DNA of 64,000 nucleotides. Origin: Vicinamibacterales bacterium (GTDB lineage Bacteria > Acidobacteriota > Vicinamibacteria > Vicinamibacterales > 2-12-FULL-66-21). The translations under genes were made by a program, and so were the position numbers. Within the stretch, counting starts at the first letter, position 1. Every line of letters begins with the position of its first letter. Shown piece by piece: positions 1 through 8,264 of the stretch. The notes beneath the pieces were generated by a model, which had not been told where the DNA came from, made no database searches, and saw only the letters and a list, made by a program, of their open reading frames with translations. Location of the stretch: positions 46,318 through 110,317 of the forward strand of contig DATJIW010000078.1 in assembly GCA_035492775.1 (NCBI GenBank), given 5' to 3'.

Positions 1-2
1 CG

Positions 3-131
3 CAGGGCGACCTGGACGAGGTGCGGCGCCGCATCGACTCGAACGGCCTGCTGTTCAAGGTGAGGGTGGTTTCCTCTGACGTGCGCGAGCGGCAGCGGAC
101 CGCGCTGAAGACACAACGAATCGTGAGCTGA
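3..131 (+). CDS. C-terminal fragment of an unidentified protein (gene continues upstream of the window)
   Basis: Frame open from window edge to TGA 129-131 (...GDLDEVRRRIDSNGLLFKVRVVSSDVRERQRTALKTQRIVS*); GC-rich third positions; no domain recognisable in 42 aa. Confidence 0.3.
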   Translation, partial: QGDLDEVRRRIDSNGLLFKVRVVSSDVRERQRTALKTQRIVS

Positions 132-148
132 TACAAAAGGTAGCCGAT

Positions 149-1738
149 ATGAAGATGACTGTATTGACCGTAGGTGCTGCCGTCGCCCTGGCCGTGAGCG
201 CGGGCGCGGCGAGAGCGCAGGCCACGACCGCGACAAGCGCGGCACAGGCAGCGAAAGACGCCGCGCGTGCCGCAACATTCGCCGGCACGATGCCGTCGGA
301 TCGCGAGATGAAGCTCGCGCTCGAGCAGGCCGCAGCCGCGGGAACACTCTCCAGTGCGGGGCTGGCGCAGGTCGACATGGCGCTCCAACAGGCGCGCGAG
401 GCGCTGGACGCGTTTCCAGGCGTCGACCTGGCGCTCCAGGAGGCGAGCGAAGCGCTCAGCGCGCTTCCCGAGGCCGACATGGCGATGGCGCGGGCAGCCG
501 AAGCCCTCGACGCCTTGCCGCAGGCCCAGGTCCAGCCGGACGAGCGGGCGCGCGAGCAGGAGGAGCGGGCGCGCGAGCTGGCCGAACGTGATCGCGATCG
601 CTCGGCTCGGGACCGCGACGAACAGAACCGGTACTACGACGCGGGACAGCAGGCGCTGGACAGTTCCCACTGGGACCGCGCCATCTCGAACTTCGATCGC
701 GTGATCGAGATGAAGGGCGCTCGGGCCGACGCGGCGCAGTACTGGAAGGCGTTCGCGCAGAACCGGCTCGGACAACGGGCCGACGCATTGAGCACCATTG
801 CCGCGCTTCAGAAGGACTACCCGAAGAGCCGCTATCTCGAGCAGGCCAGGGCGCTCGAAGTCGAAGTGCGGAGCGAAGCGGGCCAGCCGGTCCGGCCCGA
901 GAACCAGAGCGACGAAGATCTGAAGCTGCTCGCGATTCAGGCGCTGCAGAACAGCGACGCCGAGCAGGCGGTGCCGATGCTTCAGAAGATCCTCGTGGGA
1001 ACGGGCTCGCCGAAGCTGAAAGAGCGCGCGCTGTTCGTCCTCGCGCAGAGCGATTCCGCGAAGGCCCGCGACGTGCTCGTCAACATCGCCAAGGGAAACT
1101 CCGCGACGCCTGACATCCAGATGAAGGCCATTCAGTATCTCGGCATCCATGGCGGCACCGAAAGCCGCGCGGCGCTCGCCGATATCTACAAGAGCACGTC
1201 GGACGTCGACGTGAAACGCCGCATCCTGCGCGCGTTCATGGTCGCCGGCGAAAGGGACCGCCTGCTGTCGGTCGCGCAGACGGAACAGAATCCGGACCTC
1301 CGCATGGAAGCCGTCCGCCAGCTCGGCGTGATGGGCGCGACCGATGAGCTCCTGACGATGTATCGGAAAGAAACGAGCACAGACGTCAAGAAGCAGATCC
1401 TGCAGGCGATGTTCACCGGCGGCAACGCGACACGGATGATCGAGCTTGCCAAGGCCGAGCAGAACCCCGAGCTGCGGCGGATCGCGGTGCGCAATCTCGG
1501 ACTGATGGGAGGCACCCAGACCGGGGCAGCGCTCGTCGATATCTACTCGACCGACAAGGATCCCGCCATCCGACAGTCGGTCATCCAGGCGCTCTTCATC
1601 CAGAACAACGCGGAGTCGCTCGTCGCGCTGGCGCGCAAGGAGCAGGACACGGCGATGAAGAAGGACATTGTCCAGAAGCTGTCGCTGATGCACTCCAAGG
1701 TGGCGACGGACTACCTGCTGGAGCTGCTCAACAAGTAG
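149..1738 (+). CDS. Secreted TPR/HEAT-repeat protein
   Basis: 529-aa ORF. Signal-like N-terminus (MKMTVLTVGAAVALAVSAGAARAQA). Repeated D(M/L)A(L/M)xxAxEALxA(L/F)P motif. Charged ERAREQEERARELAERDRDR linker and TPR-like segment. Multiple HEAT/PBS-lyase-type repeats follow (NPDLRMEAVRQLGVMG, NPELRRIAVRNLGLMG, DPAIRQSVIQALF). Confidence 0.75.
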   Translation: MKMTVLTVGAAVALAVSAGAARAQATTATSAAQAAKDAARAATFAGTMPSDREMKLALEQAAAAGTLSSAGLAQVDMALQQAREALDAFPGVDLALQEASEALSALPEADMAMARAAEALDALPQAQVQPDERAREQEERARELAERDRDRSARDRDEQNRYYDAGQQALDSSHWDRAISNFDRVIEMKGARADAAQYWKAFAQNRLGQRADALSTIAALQKDYPKSRYLEQARALEVEVRSEAGQPVRPENQSDEDLKLLAIQALQNSDAEQAVPMLQKILVGTGSPKLKERALFVLAQSDSAKARDVLVNIAKGNSATPDIQMKAIQYLGIHGGTESRAALADIYKSTSDVDVKRRILRAFMVAGERDRLLSVAQTEQNPDLRMEAVRQLGVMGATDELLTMYRKETSTDVKKQILQAMFTGGNATRMIELAKAEQNPELRRIAVRNLGLMGGTQTGAALVDIYSTDKDPAIRQSVIQALFIQNNAESLVALARKEQDTAMKKDIVQKLSLMHSKVATDYLLELLNK

Positions 1739-1747
1739 GAGGCGCAC

Positions 1748-2623
1748 GTGAGGAGAACACTGCTCGCCACGGCCTCGTCGCTCCTGGTCCTCGCGACATC
1801 GCCGCTCTTCGCCCAGACGCCCCGGGTGACCAACGGCCGCTTGATTCCTCAGCCGGCAGCCTCCGGTCTGACGGCAACCGTCCGCACCGTTGCTGCTGCG
1901 CAGTCAGAGCCGGTGTGGATCGGCTACACGGTGCCGTCGCGGCCCGGCGACGACACGATGTGCTGCGGCGACAACGGATATTGGGGATCGTGCGGACTCG
2001 AGCCGCACGACCGTGACCGCACGACCGTGACGAGCGGCGGCGGAACGGCACGCCTCGAGGGTCCGCAGTCCGTCATGATCCTTCTGCGGCTCGAAGACAA
2101 AGCCGTCCAGAGAATCAGGACGTTCTCCGCCGACTGCGAGCTGGACGCCGGCGGTCGATCGATCTACTGGCTCGACACTGTGAAAGGCGCTGATTCGATT
2201 TCGTTTCTCTCCTCCTTCGTGTCGGATGAAGGCAAGCGTAACGATCGCCTCTCGAGCTCGGCCCTTTCGGCGATCGCGATGCACGGCGACGCCGCGTCGG
2301 TGCCGGCGCTGATCAAGTTCGCGCGGCAGGATCCAAGCACGAAGGTGCGCGGTGACGCGCTGTTCTGGCTTGCGCAGCGCGCCGGTGAAAAAGCCGCGGC
2401 CGAAATCACGACCGCGATCGAACAGGATCCGGATACGGAGGTGAAGCGCCGGGCAGTGTTCGCGCTGAGCCAGCTGCCGAAGGACGAGGGCGTGCCGCTG
2501 CTCATCCAGACGGCGCGCACCAACAAGAATCCGGTCGTCCGGAAACAGGCGATGTTCTGGCTCGGGCAGTCGAAGGACCCGCGCGCGCTGGCGTTTTTCG
2601 AGGAAATACTCGGGAAGAATTAG
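1748..2623 (+). CDS. Secreted HEAT-repeat protein
   Basis: 291-aa ORF with GTG start preceded by TAGGAGG (1735-1741). Signal-like N-terminus (LLATASSLLVLATSPLFAQ). Cys-rich patch MCCGDNGYWGSCG. C-terminal HEAT repeats (DPSTKVRGDALFWLAQ, DPDTEVKRRAVFALSQL, NPVVRKQAMFWLGQS). Confidence 0.75.
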   Translation: MRRTLLATASSLLVLATSPLFAQTPRVTNGRLIPQPAASGLTATVRTVAAAQSEPVWIGYTVPSRPGDDTMCCGDNGYWGSCGLEPHDRDRTTVTSGGGTARLEGPQSVMILLRLEDKAVQRIRTFSADCELDAGGRSIYWLDTVKGADSISFLSSFVSDEGKRNDRLSSSALSAIAMHGDAASVPALIKFARQDPSTKVRGDALFWLAQRAGEKAAAEITTAIEQDPDTEVKRRAVFALSQLPKDEGVPLLIQTARTNKNPVVRKQAMFWLGQSKDPRALAFFEEILGKN

Positions 2624-2638
2624 CGAGTCGGTCGGTTT

Positions 2639-2669
2639 GGTGAATTGGTGAGCGGGTCACCAATTCACC
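2639..2669. terminator. Perfect 13-bp inverted repeat hairpin between convergent genes
   Basis: GGTGAATTGGTGA (2639-2651), loop gcggg, TCACCAATTCACC (2657-2669). Sits between the stop of the HEAT gene (+) and the yciE-like gene (-). No clear U-tract on either side, so the terminator function is inferred. Confidence 0.4.
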
Positions 2670-2688
2670 AGATTCGCGGTTCCGGCCG

Positions 2689-3189
2689 CTATGCTTCCTG
2701 GAGCGCTTCCAGGTTGACTACGTTTTCGGCGAGCGAACTGAGCTTCTTGTCCGTGCGCGCCTCCTCGTCCAGCGTCTGCTGGAGCAGCTTCGCGACTTTC
2801 TTGAGGCCGAGCAGGTTCGCATGCGTGCGCGCCGTCCCGTATCCCGCGATCTCGTAGTGCTCGACTTTCTGCGCCGCGCCGATCATGCCGGCATCCAGCG
2901 TGTCTTCTTCGAATTCCTGCATGACCTCCTTTCCTTCCTCGAGCAGTCCTTCCATGCCCTTGCATTTCTTCCCACGGAGCGAGAAATCCATCTCCTCCGC
3001 GATCTGCTCGAGACGCTCCGCCTGCGTGCGCGTTTCCTCGAGGTGTGATTCGAACGCGCGGCGGAGTTCCGGATTTGCAGCCTTCCTCGCCATCCGCGGC
3101 AGCGCCTTGATAATCTGGTTCTCGGCGTTGTAGAGATCCTTCAATTCGTCGACGAGCAGTTCGTGCAGTGCGTTCGTTTCCTCGGCCAT
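2689..3189 (-). CDS. Ferritin-like DUF892 (YciE/YciF family) stress protein
   Basis: LLVDELKDLYNAENQIIKALPRMARKAANPELRRAFESHLEETRTQAERLEQI is typical of YciE/YciF. I moved the start to ATG 3189 (MAEETNALHELL), which has AGGAGG 4-9 nt upstream; the track start at 3246 has no SD. Confidence 0.8.
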   Translation of the reverse strand: MAEETNALHELLVDELKDLYNAENQIIKALPRMARKAANPELRRAFESHLEETRTQAERLEQIAEEMDFSLRGKKCKGMEGLLEEGKEVMQEFEEDTLDAGMIGAAQKVEHYEIAGYGTARTHANLLGLKKVAKLLQQTLDEEARTDKKLSSLAENVVNLEALQEA

Positions 3190-3252
3190 GAATCCTCCTG
3201 ACACGAACGCCTGACGCTGCAAGCCGTGCGCCACGAGCCGGTGCACCGTGGA

Positions 3253-3810
3253 TCAGTGCACGCCGTGACTCGTCGTGAGCGCTGACGGATCGGCGCCGAG
3301 CCGACGGATGACGGTTTCCCACATCTGCGACGGCTCGATGTCGAACACGACGTCGAGATCGATGTCGCTCATGAGCCACGCAGACTGCGAAAGCTCTTCA
3401 TCGAGCTGTCCGGGCGCCCAGCCGGCGTATCCGGCAAGCACGCGGGCGCGCGGCGCGGGACGAGCTTCGAGCACGTCGCGCAGCAGTGCGGCAGAGGTCG
3501 AGAGGTACAGCCCCTCGCGAATGGTTTTGAATTCCTCGGAGGCAGGCGCATCCGCAACGAGGATCCAGCCGCGCTGCTGATCGACGGGGCCGCCGATCCA
3601 CAACGGCAGGCCGTTACCCACACTCACCGGAGGTTCCAGACGGATCATCTCGCTCGCCAGCATGTCCGTCGGCCGATTAATGACGAGGCCGAACGCGCCG
3701 TCGGGATTGAACTCGCAGAGCAGTACGACGGTGCGCGCGAAGTTCGGATCCTGCAGCTGCGGCATCGATACGAGCAGTGTGGGATGAAATGGCTCGGACA
3801 TGTCGGGCAT
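3253..3810 (-). CDS. YqgE/AlgH family (UPF0301) protein
   Basis: 185 aa; MPQLQDPNFARTVVLLCEFNPDGAFGLVINRP...GGPV...AGYAGWAPGQLDEEL matches the YqgE/AlgH pattern. Confidence 0.85.
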   Translation of the reverse strand: MPDMSEPFHPTLLVSMPQLQDPNFARTVVLLCEFNPDGAFGLVINRPTDMLASEMIRLEPPVSVGNGLPLWIGGPVDQQRGWILVADAPASEEFKTIREGLYLSTSAALLRDVLEARPAPRARVLAGYAGWAPGQLDEELSQSAWLMSDIDLDVVFDIEPSQMWETVIRRLGADPSALTTSHGVH

Positions 3811-3822
3811 CCGGTGAACTTC

Positions 3823-4473
3823 TCAGTCGTTGCTGATTCCGGCGACCTCTGCAGCCACCTTCTTCAAATCGTCCACGAATCGTTTCATCTCCACATGCCG
3901 CGCATCGTCGTCTGGCGCGCGGAGAATGGACGAGGGGTGAACGGTCGCCGTGACGCGCGGAGCGAGGTCGGACGGGACGAACCGGCCCCGCTGCCGGGAA
4001 ACCTTGAAACTGCGTCCCAGCAACGCCTGCGCCGCCGTCGCGCCGAGACACACCAGGACGTGCGGCTTGACGAGCGCGATCTCCGTTTCCAGCCACGGCC
4101 GGCATGCGCCGATCTCGGCGCTGTTGGGTTTCGCGTGTATACGGCGTTTTCCACGCGGCTCCCATTTGAAATGTTTCACGACGTTGGTGACGTACACAAG
4201 CCCGCGGTCGATCCCCGCCTCCTCGAGCGCGCGGTCGAGCAGCTTTCCTGCCGGACCGACAAACGGGTGCCCTGCGATGTCCTCCGCGTCGCCGGGCTGC
4301 TCCCCCACCATCATGATCCGTGCGCGCCGCGGACCTTCACCGAAGACCGTCTGCGTGCCGCGCCTGTAGAGGTCGCACGCGCGGCAGCCCCGCGCGGCTT
4401 CACGGACGGTCTTCAGCGTCGGCCGCGCCGGAATGAGATCGGAAACAGGTGGTCCAGGGCGACGCTCGCTCAC
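3823..4473 (-). CDS. udgX: UdgX-type family-4 uracil-DNA glycosylase (Fe-S)
   Basis: GEQPG motif A, FVGPAGKLLDRAL, HPSSILR motif B, N-terminal CRACDL cysteines. Carries the KRRIH loop insertion (VKHFKWEPRGKRRIHAKP) that distinguishes UdgX from ordinary family-4 UDGs. Start placed at GTG 4471-4473, which overlaps the queG TGA (GTGA), with AGGAG just upstream; the track start at 4596 would lie inside queG. Confidence 0.75.
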   Translation of the reverse strand: MSERRPGPPVSDLIPARPTLKTVREAARGCRACDLYRRGTQTVFGEGPRRARIMMVGEQPGDAEDIAGHPFVGPAGKLLDRALEEAGIDRGLVYVTNVVKHFKWEPRGKRRIHAKPNSAEIGACRPWLETEIALVKPHVLVCLGATAAQALLGRSFKVSRQRGRFVPSDLAPRVTATVHPSSILRAPDDDARHVEMKRFVDDLKKVAAEVAGISND

Positions 4474-5504
4474 GTCTCCTCGTTCCGCGCGCGAGCCCAG
4501 TCGATATGTTCGGTGACGAGCGGTTCGCGGCACGATGGCTCGTCGAACCCGGCTACCGCGGCCAGGGCGTCGCGATCGCCGGTCGCGCCGGCACACGTCG
4601 CGAGATTGCGGCGCAGCCGCTTGACGCCTGCGCGGGTCATGGCGCTGCCCTTCAAGCCGCGGCGCAATTCATCGTCCGGAGTGCTCCAGAGATCCGCCAG
4701 CGACCGGCTGTCGAAGATCGCGCGCGGCAGCCACGCGGGGTCGGCGGAGACGGCAGCGGACTTGTTCCATGGGCACACGTCCTGGCAGATGTCGCAGCCG
4801 TAGGCGTGAGCGCCGACGGATTCGCGGAGGTCCTCGGGAATGGGGCCTTTCAGCTCGATCGTGAGGTACGAGAGGCAGCGGGTCGCGTCGACCACGTATG
4901 GTTCGACAATGGCGCCCGTCGGACAGGCGTGCAGGCATCGGCGGCACGCGCCGCACTGATCGAGCGCCGGCGCGTCGGGCTCGAGCGCCAGCGAGCAGAT
5001 GATTTCGGAGAGAAAGATCCAGGAACCCACCTGCGCGTTGATGACGCAGGTGTTTTTTCCGATCCAGCCGAGTCCACCGTACTGGGCGTATACGCGCTCC
5101 TGCACCGGGCCGGTGTCGACGTAAGCGCGCGCCTCGAACGGCTGGGCGGCGTGCTCGCGCATCCATGCCAGCAGCGCGTCCATCCGGCGGTTGATGACGT
5201 CGTGGTAATCGTCGCCCCAGGCGTAGCGCGCGATCTGCGCCTGGCCGAACTGCCGTGCGATCGAGGCGGGCCTGTCGGTGTTGTAGACCGTGCCGAGGCA
5301 GATGACCGACCGTGCCGTAGGCATCACGGCGCGAACGTCCGCCCGCCGGTCGGCAGAACGTTCGAGGTAGCCCATCTCGCCGGCATAGCCGCGCGCGAGC
5401 CACTCACGGAGGAACGCCAGCTCTCGATGGTCACCGACGGGCGCCACGCCGCATAAGTCGAATCCAAGCCCGGCGGCGCGCCGTTTGATGTCGTCCGAGG
5501 TCAC
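4470..5504 (-). CDS. queG: tRNA epoxyqueuosine(34) reductase
   Basis: IKRRAAGLGFDLCGVAPV N-terminus; ferredoxin-type clusters CGACRRCLHACPTGAI and YGCDICQDVCPWN. Start inferred at GTG 5502-5504, overlapping the acnA stop TGA 5501-5503. Confidence 0.85.
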   Translation of the reverse strand: MTSDDIKRRAAGLGFDLCGVAPVGDHRELAFLREWLARGYAGEMGYLERSADRRADVRAVMPTARSVICLGTVYNTDRPASIARQFGQAQIARYAWGDDYHDVINRRMDALLAWMREHAAQPFEARAYVDTGPVQERVYAQYGGLGWIGKNTCVINAQVGSWIFLSEIICSLALEPDAPALDQCGACRRCLHACPTGAIVEPYVVDATRCLSYLTIELKGPIPEDLRESVGAHAYGCDICQDVCPWNKSAAVSADPAWLPRAIFDSRSLADLWSTPDDELRRGLKGSAMTRAGVKRLRRNLATCAGATGDRDALAAVAGFDEPSCREPLVTEHIDWARARNEET

Positions 5505-8257
5505 GAACTCACCAATTGGCGCAGCACATACGGCAGAATGCCGCCGTTGCGGTACGCCGCCAGCTCCTCTGGTGTGTCGATTCGCACGATCGCCTGGATC
5601 TCCGTCACCGCACCGCCCGCGTCCGTCGCGCGCACCGTGATCGTGGACCGCGGCTCGCATGCGGTGCCAACGCCAAGGACGTCGTACGTCTCGCGGCCGG
5701 TCAGCTTCAACGATGGTGCGGTCTCACCGTCGCGGAACTGGAGTGGCAGCACGCCCATGTTGACGAGATTGCTGCGGTGGATCCGCTCGAAGCTCTCGGC
5801 CAGCACGGCGCGGACGCCGAGCAGCAGCGTACCCTTGGCGGCCCAATCGCGCGAGGACCCGGATCCGTATTCCTTGCCGGCGATCACGATCAGCGGCACG
5901 CCGCGCTCGCGGTACTCGACCGAGGCGTCGTAGATCGTCGTCACGTCCCCGGACGGGAACAGCGTCGTCCAGCCGCCCTCAGTGCCAGGCGCAATCTGAT
6001 TCCGCAGCCGGATATTCGCAAACGTCCCGCGCACCATCACTTCGTGGTTGCCGCGGCGCGCGCCGTACGAGTTGAAATCGCGCGGCGGCACATTGTTCGC
6101 AATGAGGTACTTTCCCGCGGGACTGTCGGGTGGGATGGAGCCGGCCGGCGAGATGTGATCCGTCGTCACGCTGTCGCCGAGCAGCGCCAGCACGCGTGCG
6201 TCGCGGATATCGCCGGGCGGCGTCGGCGTTCGCGTGAGTCCCTCGAAGAACGGCGGGTTGCGGATGTATGTCGAGTCGTCCTGCCATTTGAAACGGTCGC
6301 CGTCCGGGATCGGCAGCGCGCGCCAGCGTGCGTCGCCGTCGAAGACCTCGGCGTACTTTGCGCGGAACATGTCCTGACGCACAGCCTGCAGCATGGTCTG
6401 CTGAATCTCGCGCTCGGTCGGCCAGATGTCCCGCAGCATGACGGGCTCGCCATCCGCTCCGGTCCCGATCGGCTCGGTCGTCAAATCGATCTGCATGCGG
6501 CCCGCAATCGCGTACGCGACGACGAGCGGCGGCGATGCGAGGTAATTCGCCCGCACCTGCGACTGAATCCGTCCTTCGAAGTTCCGATTCCCCGACAGGA
6601 CGGACGCGACGACGAGATTCCTGTCCCTGACGATTGTCGACACCGGTTCGGGCAGCGGTCCGCTATTGCCGATGCAGGTGGTGCATCCGTATCCCACGAG
6701 GTTGAACCCGAGCTCCGCGAGAGGCTCGAGGAGGTCGGCGGCCCGCAGGTATTCGGTGACAACGAGCGAACCCGGTGCGAGGCTCGTCTTGACCCAGGGC
6801 TTGGTCGACAGCCCCTTCCTGATCGCATTGCGCGCGAGCAGGCCGGCTCCGATCATCACGCTCGGGTTGGATGTGTTCGTGCAGCTCGTGATCGCCGCAA
6901 CGACCACCGCGCCGTGATCCAGCGCCTCGAGCCCCGGCGCTGTTTCCGGTTGAGCCGCAACGGCAAGAGCCGCGGCCGCAGGAGCGGCTGCGGGGGTCGT
7001 TTCCCCGGGCTTCGGTGTGGCTGCGGCCGGCTTCGCCTTGCGCTCCGTCATCATGACCGCGAGTGCCTGCTCGAACTTCTGTTTGGATTGCGCCAGCGAG
7101 ACGCGATCCTGCGGGCGCTTCGGACCGGCAAGGCTGGGCTCGACGGTTGAGAGATCGAGCTCGATCGTTTGCGTGTACACCGGCTCGGGCGAATCGGCCG
7201 TGCGGAAGAGACCCTGCTCTTTCGCGTATGCCTCGACGAGTTGCACGCGCGCCGCGTCACGTCCCGTGAGCCGCAGGTAGTCGAGCGTCATGTCGTCGAT
7301 GGAACAGATGGCGATCGTCGCGCCGTACTCGGGCGACATGTTGCCGAGCGTGGCGCGGTCGGCAATCGTCAGGAACTCGAGACCCGGTCCGTAGAACTCC
7401 ACGAATTTCCCGACCACGCCGAGCTTCCGCAACCGTTCGGTGATGGTGAGCACGAGGTCGGTGGCGGTCGCGCCTTCCGGCAGACGGTTCGTCAGCCGAA
7501 AGCCCACGACCTCCGGAATCAGCATGGAAATGGGCTGGCCGAGCATCGCCGCTTCCGCTTCGATGCCACCGACGCCCCAGCCGACGACGCCGAGACCGTT
7601 GACCATTGTCGTGTGCGAATCCGTTCCCACGAGCGTGTCGGGATAGGCAAACCAGTCGCCACCCTGCCGCTCGCTGAAGACGACCCGCGCCAGGTACTCG
7701 ATGTTGATCTGATGCACGATGCCGGTGTCCGGCGGCACGACGCGAAAGTTCTGGAACGCCGTCTGTCCCCAGCGCAGGAACGTGTAGCGTTCCCTGTTAC
7801 GCGCGAATTCGAGCTGCGCGTTCAATTCGAGCGCGTTGTGCTCGGCGAAGTGATCGACCTGCACGGAGTGGTCGATGACGAGTTCCACCGGCTGCAGCGG
7901 GTTGACGCGCCCGGGGTCGCCGCCGAGCCGCACTACACCGTCGCGCATCGCCGCGAGATCGACCACGGCTGGAACACCCGTGAAGTCCTGGAGCAGCACC
8001 CGCGCGGGCATGAAGGCGATTTCCTTCTGCACGGTCGACCTCACGTCCCATCGCGCGAGCGTCTCGATGTCATCGCGATCGACGGACCGTCCGTCTTCGC
8101 GCCGGAGCAGGTTCTCCAGCAGAATCCGGAGCGAGTACGGGAGCTTCGAAAGCCCCGTGAAGCCCGCCTTTTCGAGCGCAGGCAGGCTGAAGACTTGATA
8201 CGTCAGGCCGCCGGCCGTGAGCGGGACGCGGGTGGCGAACGAATTCTGCGAAGCCAT
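5501..8257 (-). CDS. acnA: Aconitate hydratase A
   Basis: About 918 aa with aconitase hallmarks (VGTDSHTTMVNGLG, AAITSCTNTSNPSV, CTTCIGNSG, GKEYGSGSSRDWAAKG). Start chosen at ATG 8257 (MASQNSFATR) with GAAGG upstream. Contains an Ala/Pro-rich insertion (KPAAATPKPGETTPAAAPAAAALAVAAQPETAPG). Confidence 0.9.
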   Translation of the reverse strand: MASQNSFATRVPLTAGGLTYQVFSLPALEKAGFTGLSKLPYSLRILLENLLRREDGRSVDRDDIETLARWDVRSTVQKEIAFMPARVLLQDFTGVPAVVDLAAMRDGVVRLGGDPGRVNPLQPVELVIDHSVQVDHFAEHNALELNAQLEFARNRERYTFLRWGQTAFQNFRVVPPDTGIVHQINIEYLARVVFSERQGGDWFAYPDTLVGTDSHTTMVNGLGVVGWGVGGIEAEAAMLGQPISMLIPEVVGFRLTNRLPEGATATDLVLTITERLRKLGVVGKFVEFYGPGLEFLTIADRATLGNMSPEYGATIAICSIDDMTLDYLRLTGRDAARVQLVEAYAKEQGLFRTADSPEPVYTQTIELDLSTVEPSLAGPKRPQDRVSLAQSKQKFEQALAVMMTERKAKPAAATPKPGETTPAAAPAAAALAVAAQPETAPGLEALDHGAVVVAAITSCTNTSNPSVMIGAGLLARNAIRKGLSTKPWVKTSLAPGSLVVTEYLRAADLLEPLAELGFNLVGYGCTTCIGNSGPLPEPVSTIVRDRNLVVASVLSGNRNFEGRIQSQVRANYLASPPLVVAYAIAGRMQIDLTTEPIGTGADGEPVMLRDIWPTEREIQQTMLQAVRQDMFRAKYAEVFDGDARWRALPIPDGDRFKWQDDSTYIRNPPFFEGLTRTPTPPGDIRDARVLALLGDSVTTDHISPAGSIPPDSPAGKYLIANNVPPRDFNSYGARRGNHEVMVRGTFANIRLRNQIAPGTEGGWTTLFPSGDVTTIYDASVEYRERGVPLIVIAGKEYGSGSSRDWAAKGTLLLGVRAVLAESFERIHRSNLVNMGVLPLQFRDGETAPSLKLTGRETYDVLGVGTACEPRSTITVRATDAGGAVTEIQAIVRIDTPEELAAYRNGGILPYVLRQLVSS

Positions 8258-8264
8258 CCTTCGA

